A stretch of 64,000 bases of DNA from a bacterium (GCA_963675755.2 CAXXMD010000003.1:2016001-2080000); one strand, 5' to 3'; numbered from the stretch's first letter, positions 31,951 to 43,059 are shown. Numbers and translations are program-made. The notes: generated by a model not told the origin, from the sequence alone.

Positions 31951-32772
31951 ATGACTATGAAACGTTCCGCATTAATCTTGATTTGTTGTTTTTCTTTAAA
32001 TTTGATGGCTGCTGTTGAAGATCTACCTGTGAATGCTCGCCTGGCAGGTGTAGGCGGTGCGGGCAGCGCCATCTATGGTTCTACGGGGAACCTGTTTTAT
32101 AATCCGGGTGCTCTGGTGTTTGATGAAAGGTGGAATGTAGATTTTCATTCATGCCACCTTTATGGGATCAAGGACCTTGGGTTGCATGCAGCTACAGGTG
32201 CTTTTAATTTTAACAACTTGACGGTTGCAGCCGGGGGATATGTCTTTGGGAATTCCGCATATCAGGAATATGTCTATGCATTGGGGGCAGCTATACCCAT
32301 CACATCGCAATTTCATCTGGGTGCAGCGCTGCGCTATGCGGGGATAGATATTGCACATTATGGTAATAGTGGATCGGTATTGGTAGACCTGGGCGGTTGC
32401 GCAGAGGTCCTGCCCATGTGTAAATGGGGTTGGGCTGTTCGGAACGTGAATGCCGCCTGTATTGGTAAAAGCGGGGAAAAGCTGCCACAGATCTATATTA
32501 CGGGAATTGCTATAAATCCGGTTAGCCATATTTCAGTGGTTTTTGATGTGTACAAGGACAACCGGTTTAAAACCGATTATCGCACTGGTATTGAATGGGC
32601 AATTCTGCCCATAGTAACGTTACGAGCCGGCTGCGGAAGCTTTCCGCAACGCATGACCGGAGGGATTTCTTTACAGTTGGGTTGCATTGAAGCCCGGTAT
32701 GCTTTTCAATCACATCAGTATTTGAATGGAACACATTTATTTACGCTTTCACTATTTAAAATCAGATTATGA
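31951..32772 (+). CDS. Putative outer-membrane beta-barrel protein (PorV/FadL-like)
   Basis: Signal peptide, NARLAGVGG..A.....LFYNPGAL N-terminal plug motif, alternating amphipathic strands (LRAG, YAFQSH.YL..TH). Confidence 0.65.
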   Translation: MTMKRSALILICCFSLNLMAAVEDLPVNARLAGVGGAGSAIYGSTGNLFYNPGALVFDERWNVDFHSCHLYGIKDLGLHAATGAFNFNNLTVAAGGYVFGNSAYQEYVYALGAAIPITSQFHLGAALRYAGIDIAHYGNSGSVLVDLGGCAEVLPMCKWGWAVRNVNAACIGKSGEKLPQIYITGIAINPVSHISVVFDVYKDNRFKTDYRTGIEWAILPIVTLRAGCGSFPQRMTGGISLQLGCIEARYAFQSHQYLNGTHLFTLSLFKIRL

Positions 32773-34700
32773 AAAACCATTTTTCGCTTTTTCTGCTGTT
32801 GTTTTCAACATTATTATATGCGGATGAACTTGAAACTCTGTTTGAATCGCAAAGTGATGAGCAGGACTCAGAGTTGTATCAGACGGTGCAGTATTATATC
32901 GATAATCCTTTGGATATAAATGGCGTTTCAGAAAAAGATTTGCATGAAGTACCATTTATTTCAAAAGCAATGGTACAAGATATTCTTATATATCGACTCG
33001 AACACAATGGATTTCAATCCGTCGAGGATTTAAAAGAGATTAAAAGTGTTCGTCCAGTTGCCGATATACTGGTCCATTTTTTTACCATAGAGGAAACACA
33101 TTCAAAACAGTTTAAGGTTAGAGCAAGAGATCGATACAGTCACCCCGTTGAAAAGAGTAAAGCTTTTCTTGAAAACAAGTATAGGGGGAATGCGGATAAG
33201 CTTTATAATCGTGTTGATGTAATATATGGTGATGTTGTCAAGGCTGGTGTTGTAGCTGAAAAGGATGCGGGTGAAGCCTCTGTTGCGGATTATCTGGGAA
33301 TGTATGCACAGTACACGCCCCTAAAAAGTCCGGTTCAGATTGTGTTGGGAAATTATATAGTAAAAAGTGGACAGGGATTGGTGTTTTGGGGGCCCTATAA
33401 AATGTACAAAGGGTTTGATCCAATCGTTCCTGCGATTAAACCCGAAAGTGGTTTAAAACCTTCATTATCTGTAGACGAAAATGCCTCTTTGTATGGAGTG
33501 GGAGCATCTTTGCCTATTCATACAATAAAATTGACCGGATTTTACAGTAATAGAAAAATCGATGCCTCTCTTGAAAATGGAAAGATCAAAAGCTTTCATT
33601 CTACAGGATACCACCGTTTTGGGAGTGAGTGGGAATTCAAAGATGCTGTAAACGTTTCAACACAGGGTGCTGTAGTAGAGTGGAATCCTTCATCGGCCGC
33701 CCAGGTTGGGGCAAATTGTTTAATGCAGCAGTTTGATAAACCCTTTATGCTGCCTGTAGATTCTTTTAATGACAAAAAGTCGGCAACGTCAGTTTATTAT
33801 AACCTTGATTTACAAAATCTTAGTTTTTTTGGTGAGGGAGGTGTTTCCAATCAAACGGGTAAAGGCGTTGTAAGCGGTTTTATGCTGAATGAAAATCGTT
33901 TCCAGGCTGTTGGGTTGTACAGGAATTATAATCAATCATTTCATTCACCTTTTGGCCGGGCCTTTGGCGATAATTATACTCCTAATAATGAAAGGGGGGT
34001 GTATTGGGGATGGAAATGGATTCCCCGGAAGCATACTTTTTTGACTTTGAGCTTTGACAGTTTTCGTCATCCGGTTTTTGATGAAAAGTCAACAGGAGAG
34101 AGCTGGGGAAAGGAGTGGATGATCGGTTTTGAACAGGCGGTCCGGAATTTTAAAATTCAAGCGAGATTAAAATCGACGCAAAAAGAATTGTTTATAAATG
34201 TCGATGATGCGTGGGGAAATAAAATCCGAAAGCAGAACGTTAAGAATTTAAGCTCATTTCGATTACAGATATCCTATAAAGCAAAAAATATGGAAATGAA
34301 AAGCCGGATTGCTTATAATCGTTTGGGTTGGGATTATTTAAAAAATGTAAATTCGTTGACTGACAGTTCATCCATATTGCTTTTTCATGATATTCGGTAC
34401 AAACCTGAAAAGCATTTAGATTTGAGAACCCGATGGTCATTTTTTGATGCGCCGTTATATGATTTGAGGTTTTACCAGTTTGAAAATGATCTTGCAGGAG
34501 TAATGAAACTGCAAATGCTGCAAGATCGGGGTGTTCGCTGGTATGCGGTTGCGGGAATTAAACTAGGGAAAATTAAGCTGTCCTTAAAATATGAAATAAC
34601 ACGATACGATAACCTTGTCACAGTGGGAACTGGAGATAATCTTGTATTGGGTGACCATATCAGCAAGATTTCAGTACAAATGGATTGGAAAAATTATTAA
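32769..34700 (+). CDS. Helix-hairpin-helix (ComEA-like) domain fused to a putative outer-membrane beta-barrel
   Basis: PLDIN..S..DL..VPFIS......IL.YR..H.GFQSVEDLKEIK HhH; then EKDAGE, LGNY....GQGLVFW, NERG.Y.G, YQFENDL beta-strand region ending in aromatic residues. Confidence 0.75.
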   Translation: MKNHFSLFLLLFSTLLYADELETLFESQSDEQDSELYQTVQYYIDNPLDINGVSEKDLHEVPFISKAMVQDILIYRLEHNGFQSVEDLKEIKSVRPVADILVHFFTIEETHSKQFKVRARDRYSHPVEKSKAFLENKYRGNADKLYNRVDVIYGDVVKAGVVAEKDAGEASVADYLGMYAQYTPLKSPVQIVLGNYIVKSGQGLVFWGPYKMYKGFDPIVPAIKPESGLKPSLSVDENASLYGVGASLPIHTIKLTGFYSNRKIDASLENGKIKSFHSTGYHRFGSEWEFKDAVNVSTQGAVVEWNPSSAAQVGANCLMQQFDKPFMLPVDSFNDKKSATSVYYNLDLQNLSFFGEGGVSNQTGKGVVSGFMLNENRFQAVGLYRNYNQSFHSPFGRAFGDNYTPNNERGVYWGWKWIPRKHTFLTLSFDSFRHPVFDEKSTGESWGKEWMIGFEQAVRNFKIQARLKSTQKELFINVDDAWGNKIRKQNVKNLSSFRLQISYKAKNMEMKSRIAYNRLGWDYLKNVNSLTDSSSILLFHDIRYKPEKHLDLRTRWSFFDAPLYDLRFYQFENDLAGVMKLQMLQDRGVRWYAVAGIKLGKIKLSLKYEITRYDNLVTVGTGDNLVLGDHISKISVQMDWKNY

Positions 34701-34772
34701 TTGTTTGTATAGAAATCCTATTTTTTTATATTAGAGATATTGAAAAAACACATTTAAAACAGGAGAACTCTG

Positions 34773-36029
34773 ATGGCTAATGTCGAGTACACGTGTCTGG
34801 ATCGATTGTTGAAATATGTAAAATATGACACACAATCTTCAGAAGAATCCTCAACCTTTCCTACAACAGAAAAACAAAAAATTCTGGCAAAAGATCTGGT
34901 AACTGAACTTGAGCAAATTGGTCTCATGGATGCTGAAATGGATGAATGGGGGTATGTAACTGCCACATTACCTGCAAATGTGGAACACAAGGTCCCGGTT
35001 ATTGGTCTTATTGCCCACCTTGATACCTCTCCGGATGTTTCAGGAAAGGATGTAAAACCCATGGTCCATCATAATTATAAAGGTGGAGATATAAAACTTT
35101 CACCAGAGTCAGGTATTGTGATTAAAGCGGATGAGAACCCAGAACTGGCGAACCAGTTGGGAAATGATATTGTAACTTCGGATGGCTCTACATTATTGGG
35201 CGCCGACAACAAGGCAGGCATTGCAGAGATCTTTGATGCTGTCAATCATTTGGTAACGCACCCTGAAATTCCGCACGGAACCGTCAAAGTTGCAGTTATG
35301 CCGGATGAAGAAGTAGGGCGAGGTTCGGAAAAGTTTAATATTGAAAAGTATGCTGCCGATTATGCATACACCATAGATGGCGAAACATTGGGTGAAGTTG
35401 AAGATGAAACCTTTTGCGCGGATTCCGTAACGTTGACCATATTTGGTGTGAATGTGCATCCCGGTTATGCAAAGAATAAATTGGTAAGCTCTATCAAGAT
35501 TATGTCAGAAATAATTGAGCGTTTACCCAAGGATAAACTATCACCAGAGACAACCGAAAAACGGGAAGGTTATGTTCATCCCATCGGTTTTAATGGTGAT
35601 GTTGAAACTACAACCGCTAAATTTTTGATACGTGATTTTACTGTTGAAGGTTTGAAAGAAAAAGAAGCATATCTCAAAGAACTTACAGAAAAGGTAATTG
35701 CTGCTTATCCCAAAGCTTCTTTTGAATTCAAAATCGATGAATATTACAGAAATATGAAATATCAGCTTGATAAAGATCCCAAGGTTGTAGATTACGCATT
35801 GGAAGCAGTTGAACGTGCCGGAGTGAAGCCCATCCGTAATTCTATTCGTGGTGGAACGGATGGCGCGCAATTGTCATATAAAGGGTTATTAACTCCGAAT
35901 GTTTTTACTGGTGGTCATAATTTCCACTCACGACAAGAATGGATATCCGTTCAGGATATGCAAAAAGCAGTTGATGTGATTGTTGAGCTTGTTTGTGTTT
36001 GGGAGGAAAAAAGTAGAGCGAATGCTTGA
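34773..36029 (+). CDS. pepT: Peptidase T (tripeptide aminopeptidase, M20B)
   Basis: AHLDTSPD, LLGADNKAG, PDEEVGRG, YTIDG, HPG.AK, IRGGTDGA, HNFHS. Confidence 0.96.
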   Translation: MANVEYTCLDRLLKYVKYDTQSSEESSTFPTTEKQKILAKDLVTELEQIGLMDAEMDEWGYVTATLPANVEHKVPVIGLIAHLDTSPDVSGKDVKPMVHHNYKGGDIKLSPESGIVIKADENPELANQLGNDIVTSDGSTLLGADNKAGIAEIFDAVNHLVTHPEIPHGTVKVAVMPDEEVGRGSEKFNIEKYAADYAYTIDGETLGEVEDETFCADSVTLTIFGVNVHPGYAKNKLVSSIKIMSEIIERLPKDKLSPETTEKREGYVHPIGFNGDVETTTAKFLIRDFTVEGLKEKEAYLKELTEKVIAAYPKASFEFKIDEYYRNMKYQLDKDPKVVDYALEAVERAGVKPIRNSIRGGTDGAQLSYKGLLTPNVFTGGHNFHSRQEWISVQDMQKAVDVIVELVCVWEEKSRANA

Positions 36030-37120
36030 TGATTGTAAATAATAAAAATATACTTGTAGTTGATGACGATGCCAGGGATGTCAAAACAATAGAGATGATC
36101 CTGAAACCTGAAGGATATCATATTGAATCTGTATCCAGTGGTAAGCAGGCCCTTGATTTTTTGAAAACCGGACGTCCGGATTTGATATTGCTTGATATCA
36201 TTATGCCGGGAATTGATGGTTTTGAATTGTGTGAACGGATTAAAGCTGATCCCAAAATTAATGATATTCCATTGATATTCTTATCAGCCAGGTATGATTA
36301 TAAAGATGTTGTAAGGGGCTTTGAATTGGGTGCTGTAGATTATATTACAAAACCTTTCAATGCCCTTGAACTCTCTTTGCGTGTAAAATCTCAATTAACA
36401 TTACGGTCTACGCAACAGCGATTGGAAGCTATCAACCAATCAAAAGATGATTTGTTGTCTGTATTGTCTCATGATTTGAGAAATCCGTTGATAAGCATTC
36501 AAAGTGGTTTAAAATTATTGTATCAGCGCACACCCGAAAAGAACAAAGAGTGGCAGCAGATTTATGATCATATGAGCCGGGTTTCAAGCTCTGCTTTTCA
36601 TTTGTTAAACACCATTCTTGACTGGTCAAAGACACAAATGAGTACACTTGAGGAGAATCCGCAGGAATACGATTTAAAAGACATTGTGCATCAAGTAACG
36701 CAATTGTACCAGGGAACAGCCGATCTATGTAATGTTAAAATTATTAATGATATTACATCCCAGTCTGTAACTGTAGATAAAGAAATGTTTAGTATCGTTC
36801 TTCGTAATCTACTTTCAAACGCGATCAAGTATACGGAATCCGGAGGCAAAATCAGAATTTCGGCTGAAAACAATGCAAAGTATAAAAGCATAACGGTTTC
36901 GGATACAGGTGCCGGAATGAGCCAGGAACTCTTGAAAAAGGTAATGGCTTTTGACGCTTTCGATTCAGATAAAAAATCTTCTGATGAATTTAGTCTGGGA
37001 TTTGGGCTTTCTTTATGCAAGGTCTATGTTAAAAGAATAGGGGGGCATATAACTGCGCAAAGTCAGCTTGGAGAGGGCACACAAGTTACTTTTACTGTTC
37101 CCATGCTGATTAAAGAATAA
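36029..37120 (+). CDS. Hybrid response regulator / sensor histidine kinase (REC-HisKA-HATPase)
   Basis: ILVVDD, LLDIIMPGIDG, DYITKPF; SHDLRNPL; NLLSNAIKY, DTGAGM, GFGL, GEGT; no TM segments. Confidence 0.92.
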   Translation: MIVNNKNILVVDDDARDVKTIEMILKPEGYHIESVSSGKQALDFLKTGRPDLILLDIIMPGIDGFELCERIKADPKINDIPLIFLSARYDYKDVVRGFELGAVDYITKPFNALELSLRVKSQLTLRSTQQRLEAINQSKDDLLSVLSHDLRNPLISIQSGLKLLYQRTPEKNKEWQQIYDHMSRVSSSAFHLLNTILDWSKTQMSTLEENPQEYDLKDIVHQVTQLYQGTADLCNVKIINDITSQSVTVDKEMFSIVLRNLLSNAIKYTESGGKIRISAENNAKYKSITVSDTGAGMSQELLKKVMAFDAFDSDKKSSDEFSLGFGLSLCKVYVKRIGGHITAQSQLGEGTQVTFTVPMLIKE

Positions 37121-37133
37121 TCCCGAGGGACCC

Positions 37134-37784
37134 TTGAAAAAGCATAAAAAACTTTTATCTCGTTTTGTGTTTTTTTCAGTTTTTATACTGGTTTTGATTA
37201 CATTACTTTGCACTAAAAAATTGTGGCTGGCTTCTATGGCTGCAGTTTTGGATGTTCCTTTCACTGAAGAACATGCTGATCTGGTTATTGTTGAAGGGGG
37301 TAATATTGTTCCTGCTGTTTTTATGGAACGGGCCATTGAATTAATTAAAAACAACAAAGCAGAGAAAATGCTGATCGTGCTAAATACAGCCGATGGTGCT
37401 GTTGATGCCTTTGGTGTTGACAATTATCCCGCCTTACTGGATTCTGCTTTGAAAAAGAATAATATTTCCGAGTCGCAATACCACATACTATTATCTCACA
37501 TACAAGACCCCTTTACCCGCAATTCTGCAATTACAATTTTTCAATATCTTGAAAATGAACCCGCAGCAACAGATACATTGATGCTGTTGCAGGACACTTT
37601 TCATGCCAAACGGAGCCTTCTTGCTTATAGAAAAGTATTTGAGCCAAGTGAAATTCATGTGCTTGCGTGTTCTGTTCCTATCCATGTGAATGCGCAAAAC
37701 TGGTGGCAGTCTCTTTCTGGTGTCCGCAGAGTATATGGTGAATATGCAAAATTCATCTATTATAAATTCAAAGGATATATTTGA
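37134..37784 (+). CDS. YdcF/ElyC (DUF218)-like protein
   Basis: N-terminal TM, ADLVIVEGG, T...A, DTFHAKRS, NWWQ, EYAK..YY. Confidence 0.75.
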   Translation: MKKHKKLLSRFVFFSVFILVLITLLCTKKLWLASMAAVLDVPFTEEHADLVIVEGGNIVPAVFMERAIELIKNNKAEKMLIVLNTADGAVDAFGVDNYPALLDSALKKNNISESQYHILLSHIQDPFTRNSAITIFQYLENEPAATDTLMLLQDTFHAKRSLLAYRKVFEPSEIHVLACSVPIHVNAQNWWQSLSGVRRVYGEYAKFIYYKFKGYI

Positions 37785-37889
37785 ATAAAAAAGGATTTCA
37801 ATATTTGTAATTTTCAAAAATTTTTGTTATGTTGATAGACAATTTTGGCGTCCTACCACAGTCATTCAAGTATTTAAGGTTTTATAATT

Positions 37890-39104
37890 ATGAAAAAACA
37901 CTCATTAACGCTTTATATCTTTATCGGGATTTTTTTAGGGGTAATTGCCGGATGGTTGTTCGGTGAAAGCATTTTGCCATTTGCTGAACCTATGGCGCAG
38001 TTATTTCTCCGTCTGTTGAGAATGGCAATTATGCCATTGATTATCACTTCTATTTTGTCCGGAGTGTTGAGTGTGGGGACAGGAAAAAATCTGGGAAAGC
38101 TGGGAATGCGAACCGCAATATATTATATCTTTACCAGTCTGGTTGCCATTTTAACCGGTCAGTTTCTTGTCAATGTTTTTCAACCCGGTAAAGGTGCGGA
38201 TATTGGTTTGACCGGAGATGTTACTGCCATATCGGCAGCTAACCAGTCTCCTATGGAATTGATCTTCCGGATAATACCAGAAAATCCATTTCAGTCCATG
38301 GCAAATGGCGATGTATTGCCCGTGATTTTCTTTTGTATTTTATTCGGATTCTTTATTACAAAGCTGGAAGATCCGCTACGGTCCCGATTTACAGATATTG
38401 TTCAGGCTTCATTTGAAGCCATGATGAAACTGACCCATGTTATTATTTGGCTGGCTCCTATAGGCGTTATGGGTATTAATGCTAAAATTGTAGCTACAAC
38501 CGGTTTTGGTGCATTTTACTCTTTGGGTAAATACTTTATTGTTGTGTTGATGGGGTTGCTGATTCATACATTGATTATTCTTCCGCTGGTGTTGAAATTT
38601 GTGGGAAAAGTTAAACCCTTTAGGCATTATCGGAATATGCTGCCGGCTTATCTTACTGCGTTTTCAACCAGTTCTTCAATGGTTGCATTGCCTTTGACTA
38701 TGGAATATGCCAGTGATGCATCCGGGGTTTCGAAAAAAATCAGCAATTTTTTCCTTCCAATAGGAGCTACAGTGAATATGGATGGGACAGCGCTTTACGA
38801 GTGCGTTGCCACTATTTTTATTGCTCAAGCCTATGGAATTGATCTTAGTATTACCCAGCAGTTTACGGTTGCGTTAACCGCATTACTTGCATCTATTGGT
38901 GCCGCAGGTATACCCATGGCGGGCCTGGTTATGATGTCGATAATTTTACATGCAGTAGGGCTGCCGCTTGAGGGTGTAGGTATCATTATGGCAGTAGATC
39001 GGATATTAGACATGTTCCGCACAACGACCAATGTAATCAGCGATTCATCAGGTGTTGTTGTTGTTGCGCACCTTGAAGGTGAAAGTTTGGAACAGGTTCG
39101 TTAG
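37890..39104 (+). CDS. Dicarboxylate/amino acid:cation symporter (DAACS, GltP family)
   Basis: AFSTSSS, PIGATVNMDGTALY, ASIGAAGIP, AVDRILDMFRTTTNV. Confidence 0.94.
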   Translation: MKKHSLTLYIFIGIFLGVIAGWLFGESILPFAEPMAQLFLRLLRMAIMPLIITSILSGVLSVGTGKNLGKLGMRTAIYYIFTSLVAILTGQFLVNVFQPGKGADIGLTGDVTAISAANQSPMELIFRIIPENPFQSMANGDVLPVIFFCILFGFFITKLEDPLRSRFTDIVQASFEAMMKLTHVIIWLAPIGVMGINAKIVATTGFGAFYSLGKYFIVVLMGLLIHTLIILPLVLKFVGKVKPFRHYRNMLPAYLTAFSTSSSMVALPLTMEYASDASGVSKKISNFFLPIGATVNMDGTALYECVATIFIAQAYGIDLSITQQFTVALTALLASIGAAGIPMAGLVMMSIILHAVGLPLEGVGIIMAVDRILDMFRTTTNVISDSSGVVVVAHLEGESLEQVR

Positions 39105-39127
39105 AAAAGATTTATCAGTATGGATGA

Positions 39128-40915
39128 TTAATCGGTTTTGCGTTTCATTACTTCTTTATTATAAGCTACAATCACATCTCCGTGATTCAACATGCCCAGT
39201 ATTCTGCGTTCGTCACGTAAATCAACAACCGGGATCTGGGCGTATTCATAATCCATAAATTTCTTTAATGCACTTCTCAAGCTTTCTGCGGGGGTTACAG
39301 TTACAGCCGGGCCCATGAGATCCTGTGCTATTAGCAGATCACACATGTCATTTCCGAACAAGATTGAGCGGGTATTTCTCAATGAAATTATACCCACGAT
39401 TTCATTATTGTGGTTAACAACCGGATAATGATTATCTACTCCTTCCTGAACAATGTTCTGGAATTCAAGAAGCGGGGTGTCAACTTTTAAGATTTGTACT
39501 TTTTCACTCCGGTATGCCTGGTCAACTACCAATGTGTCCAGCACGTCAATTGTAAAATCACCAATATGTGCTGGTGAATCTGCCATGCGTGGAACTTGTT
39601 TTTCATACAGAGTGGTTCTTGAGGTTGCAACATAAGCTGCGGATGAGCTGAGCATCATGGGAACCAGCAGGTGATAGCCACCGGTCATCTCACTCACCAT
39701 GATCATTGAAGATATAGGTACTTTGGCAGCTCCTGCAAAAAATGCACCCATGCCCACCAATACAAATGCATTGGGATTACTTATGAGAGAGGGAAAGAGC
39801 TGTTCGGCAACCTGACCAAACGCACCGCCCAACATGCCGCCGATGAATAAAGAAGGTGCAAATACACCACCACTACCACCTGAACTGATTGTAAATGATG
39901 TGGCAAATATTTTTAAAATGGCCGCAAGCAGCATGAATTGAATTGTCAGGTTTCCGTTCATGGCTTGCTGCAAATAGCCGTAACCGGATGCAAGAATATG
40001 CGGGGCAAAAAAGCCCGTAATGCCTATCATTAAACCGCCAATAGCGGGGCGAAGTTGAGGTATGATTTTAATGGTGTGAAAAAAATGATCGCGCATACCA
40101 TAAAAAATCTTGATGTAAAACAATCCCATATACGCACAAAACAGGCCAAGCAAGAGGTAAAACAGTAATTCTGATGGATTGCTGAACTGATAGTCGGGTG
40201 TTTCAAACAGTTGACCCCAACCAAAGCGACTGGCAAAAATGGAAAACGCAACAATTGAAGATATTAATGCGGGTATTAAAGCTTTGGATTCAAAATCTCT
40301 TTTGTACAAGACTTCAACAGCAAACAATGCACCGCCAAGAGGAGAACGGAAAATGGCGCCAATACCGCCTGCCGCTCCGGCAATAACCAATATGCGCTTT
40401 TCATCGTCGCTGAGTTTTAATACCGTTCCAAGGTACGAGCCAAATCCCGCACCTATTTGTGCTATCGGGCCTTCACGTCCGGCACTTCCTCCGCTACCAA
40501 TTGTAACAATAGATGCAATGGCTTTAATGATTGGAACGCGTTTTCTGATTGAGCCACGTTTATGATGGAATGAGTCAATAACAGCATCTGTTCCGTGGCC
40601 TTCTGCTTCAGGTGCCCATGTAAATACCAGGATTCCTGAAATCAATCCGCCAATAACAGGCGCAAAGATTAAAACCCATCTCCGAAGTTCACCGCCGGCA
40701 TGGTGATAACCGGAAAGTTCGCCAGATGGTTCAGGGGGATAATAATTTGCTAATTGATGTAAGAAAAAATGAGAGACATGGTTAAGCAATGAAAAAAAAG
40801 CAATTGCCCCCAAGCCGGAGATGATTCCTACTACAATGCTAATGAGGAATAACCTGCCGGATGAATTTATTGCAAAAGGATTAAATAGTTTACCGGTTTT
40901 TTGAATTTGGAACAT
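39128..40915 (-). CDS. ClC chloride channel / Cl-:H+ antiporter with C-terminal CBS pair
   Basis: GHGTD, GGSAGREGP, GGSGGVFAP, EMTG.Y; two CBS domains. Confidence 0.93.
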   Translation of the reverse strand: MFQIQKTGKLFNPFAINSSGRLFLISIVVGIISGLGAIAFFSLLNHVSHFFLHQLANYYPPEPSGELSGYHHAGGELRRWVLIFAPVIGGLISGILVFTWAPEAEGHGTDAVIDSFHHKRGSIRKRVPIIKAIASIVTIGSGGSAGREGPIAQIGAGFGSYLGTVLKLSDDEKRILVIAGAAGGIGAIFRSPLGGALFAVEVLYKRDFESKALIPALISSIVAFSIFASRFGWGQLFETPDYQFSNPSELLFYLLLGLFCAYMGLFYIKIFYGMRDHFFHTIKIIPQLRPAIGGLMIGITGFFAPHILASGYGYLQQAMNGNLTIQFMLLAAILKIFATSFTISSGGSGGVFAPSLFIGGMLGGAFGQVAEQLFPSLISNPNAFVLVGMGAFFAGAAKVPISSMIMVSEMTGGYHLLVPMMLSSSAAYVATSRTTLYEKQVPRMADSPAHIGDFTIDVLDTLVVDQAYRSEKVQILKVDTPLLEFQNIVQEGVDNHYPVVNHNNEIVGIISLRNTRSILFGNDMCDLLIAQDLMGPAVTVTPAESLRSALKKFMDYEYAQIPVVDLRDERRILGMLNHGDVIVAYNKEVMKRKTD

Positions 40916-40943
40916 AATGGGAACAGTTCAACCAGAATGAGTT

Positions 40944-41399
40944 TTAATTTTCAGCATCCTCGAAAATTCTTCGGATCTCCGAGGGAGTTTGTGCAACCAG
41001 GATTTGGTCACGAATTTTTTCGTCTCTTAATAATTTTGATAGTTTTGCAAGAACTTTGAGATACTCACCCACCGCTTTGAGGGGTGTCCCCAGTAAAAAA
41101 ACGAGTTTTACGGGCTTTTTGTCTTCCGCACCAAAATCAACCCCATTTTTTAATCGAGTTACAGAAATTACAATGTTTTTCACATTTTGCGTTCTTGCAT
41201 GGGGTAATGCTATTCCGTAACCGATACCGGTGCTACCTAGACTTTCTCGTTGATTGACTTCGCTCAGGAAACCGCTGGCATCTGACAGGATTTTATTATT
41301 ATCCATCAGCTCTACTATTTTTGCAATAGTTGTTTCTTTGTCAGTAGTTTCTATGTCTAAAAATATCAGACCGTCACTTAAATAGTCTGCAATTCTCAC
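40944..41399 (-). CDS. PTS EIIA domain protein (PtsN/EIIA-Ntr/Fru-like)
   Basis: RE...STGIG.GIALPHAR, GVDF...D..PV.LVFL; GTG start at 41399 with GGAGG 8 nt upstream. Confidence 0.9.
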   Translation of the reverse strand: MRIADYLSDGLIFLDIETTDKETTIAKIVELMDNNKILSDASGFLSEVNQRESLGSTGIGYGIALPHARTQNVKNIVISVTRLKNGVDFGAEDKKPVKLVFLLGTPLKAVGEYLKVLAKLSKLLRDEKIRDQILVAQTPSEIRRIFEDAEN

Positions 41400-41709
41400 G
41401 TTTGTTTCCTCCAATATTTCAAAGGTGGTCTACATCCGGGACCGGCAAAAATATAAATATACAAATGTAGTACGAAAATACATGAATGGAATGACCATAC
41501 TACGTAAGTTTATATTTTAATGATTTTTTTTCAAAAAGTCAACCAGTATTCACAGGATAAAATCCCCCTAAATTATATAGCAAAGCACTTTATTAATCCA
41601 TGATCACAAAAAAAATAATTGTAATTAGTATTGTTTTTTTATAATTTAAATGGTTAGGTATGAAAATTGTTAACTAATACACTGTATTTTAGTAAAATAA
41701 AGGGTGTAC

Positions 41710-43059
41710 ATGGGAACGTTCAAAATAAAAAAAGGAAACACACTTCCCATTAACGGTGAACCACGCCAGGAAATTGAAAACGGAAAATCAGTAAAACGGG
41801 TGGCACTGTTGGGTGAAGACTATGTTGGTTTAAAACCAACCATGGAAGTAGATATAGGAGACTCTGTTAAATTGGGTCAGCTTTTATTTACTGATAAAAA
41901 GCTGCCGGGAGTTAAATATACTTCTCCGGGGGCTGGTAAAGTTGTAGAAATCAACAGGGGTGAGAAACGGGCATTTTTGTCGCTTGTAATTGAGCTTGAA
42001 GGCGATGACGAAGTCACTTTTACTGCTTTTGGTGAAAACGCATTGGCAACACTTGATCGTGAAATGGTTGTAAAGCAGTTGGTAGATTCTGGCTTGTGGA
42101 CAACACTAACAGCCAGACCTTTTGGGCATGTTGCAAATCCTGAAACAGTGCCCAATTCTGTTTTTGTTACAGCTATGGATACCAATCCATTAGCCCCTAT
42201 AGTTGGAAAAATTGTTCAAGGTCAGGAAACAGATTTTAAGAATGGACTATTGGTTCTCTCTCGTCTTACTGAAGGTAAAGTATTTGTTTGTAAGAAACCG
42301 TCCGAAGAAATACCCGTTCCTGATAAACCCCAATTCTCTGTAGAGTCATTTGATGGCCCACATCCTGCCGGCCTGCCCGGTACCCACATCCACTTTTTGG
42401 ATCCCATTGGTAAAAACAAAATTGTATGGCATATACAAGCACAGGATGTAATCAAGATTGGCAAACTGTTTACAACTGGTAAACTAAGTGTTGAGCAAAT
42501 TGTTGCTTTGGGCGGTGCCGGAGCAAAATCACCACGCCTTTTGCGTACCCGTGTTGGTGCTTGCCTGAGTGAACTGCTTGAAGGAGAGTTGAAAGAAGGT
42601 GATAACAGAACAATATCGGGTTCTGTGTTTAATGGCCATACTTCAACTCCTGAAAGAAATTATTTGGGACGTTTTCATCAGCAGATAACAGTGATTCATG
42701 AAGGACGTGAAAGACACTTTTTGGGATGGCTGGATTACGGTCCTAAACATTATTCTGTAAAGAATATAGTAATGTCTAAACTGATACCGAACAAACGCTT
42801 TGATTTCAATACTTCGCAAAACGGTGGCGTTCGGGCAATCGTTCCAATAGGTAGTTATGAAAAAGTAATGCCTTTGGATATTTTACCTGCACATTTGTTA
42901 AAAGCTCTCGCAATTCAAGATGTTGAAGAAAGTGAAAAACTTGGCTGCCTTGAATTGATTGAAGAAGATTTGGCATTGTGTACTTTTGTCTGTCCGTCAA
43001 AAATTGATCATGGTGAGAATTTGAGAAAAACGTTAACCGTCATAGAGAAGGAAGGATAG
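41710..43059 (+). CDS. nqrA: Na+-translocating NADH:quinone reductase subunit A
   Basis: [35 protein letters not shown]; first gene of the six-gene cluster. Confidence 0.96.
   Translation: MGTFKIKKGNTLPINGEPRQEIENGKSVKRVALLGEDYVGLKPTMEVDIGDSVKLGQLLFTDKKLPGVKYTSPGAGKVVEINRGEKRAFLSLVIELEGDDEVTFTAFGENALATLDREMVVKQLVDSGLWTTLTARPFGHVANPETVPNSVFVTAMDTNPLAPIVGKIVQGQETDFKNGLLVLSRLTEGKVFVCKKPSEEIPVPDKPQFSVESFDGPHPAGLPGTHIHFLDPIGKNKIVWHIQAQDVIKIGKLFTTGKLSVEQIVALGGAGAKSPRLLRTRVGACLSELLEGELKEGDNRTISGSVFNGHTSTPERNYLGRFHQQITVIHEGRERHFLGWLDYGPKHYSVKNIVMSKLIPNKRFDFNTSQNGGVRAIVPIGSYEKVMPLDILPAHLLKALAIQDVEESEKLGCLELIEEDLALCTFVCPSKIDHGENLRKTLTVIEKEG

Noticed and set aside
41400-41709. Fluoride or Na+ riboswitch, or Rex/FNR box, between EIIA-ClC and nqrA
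   Set aside because: Only short inverted repeats (GTAGTA/TACTAC, GGTC/GACC) and no convincing consensus; the ClC has GREGP, not the fluoride-type signature.
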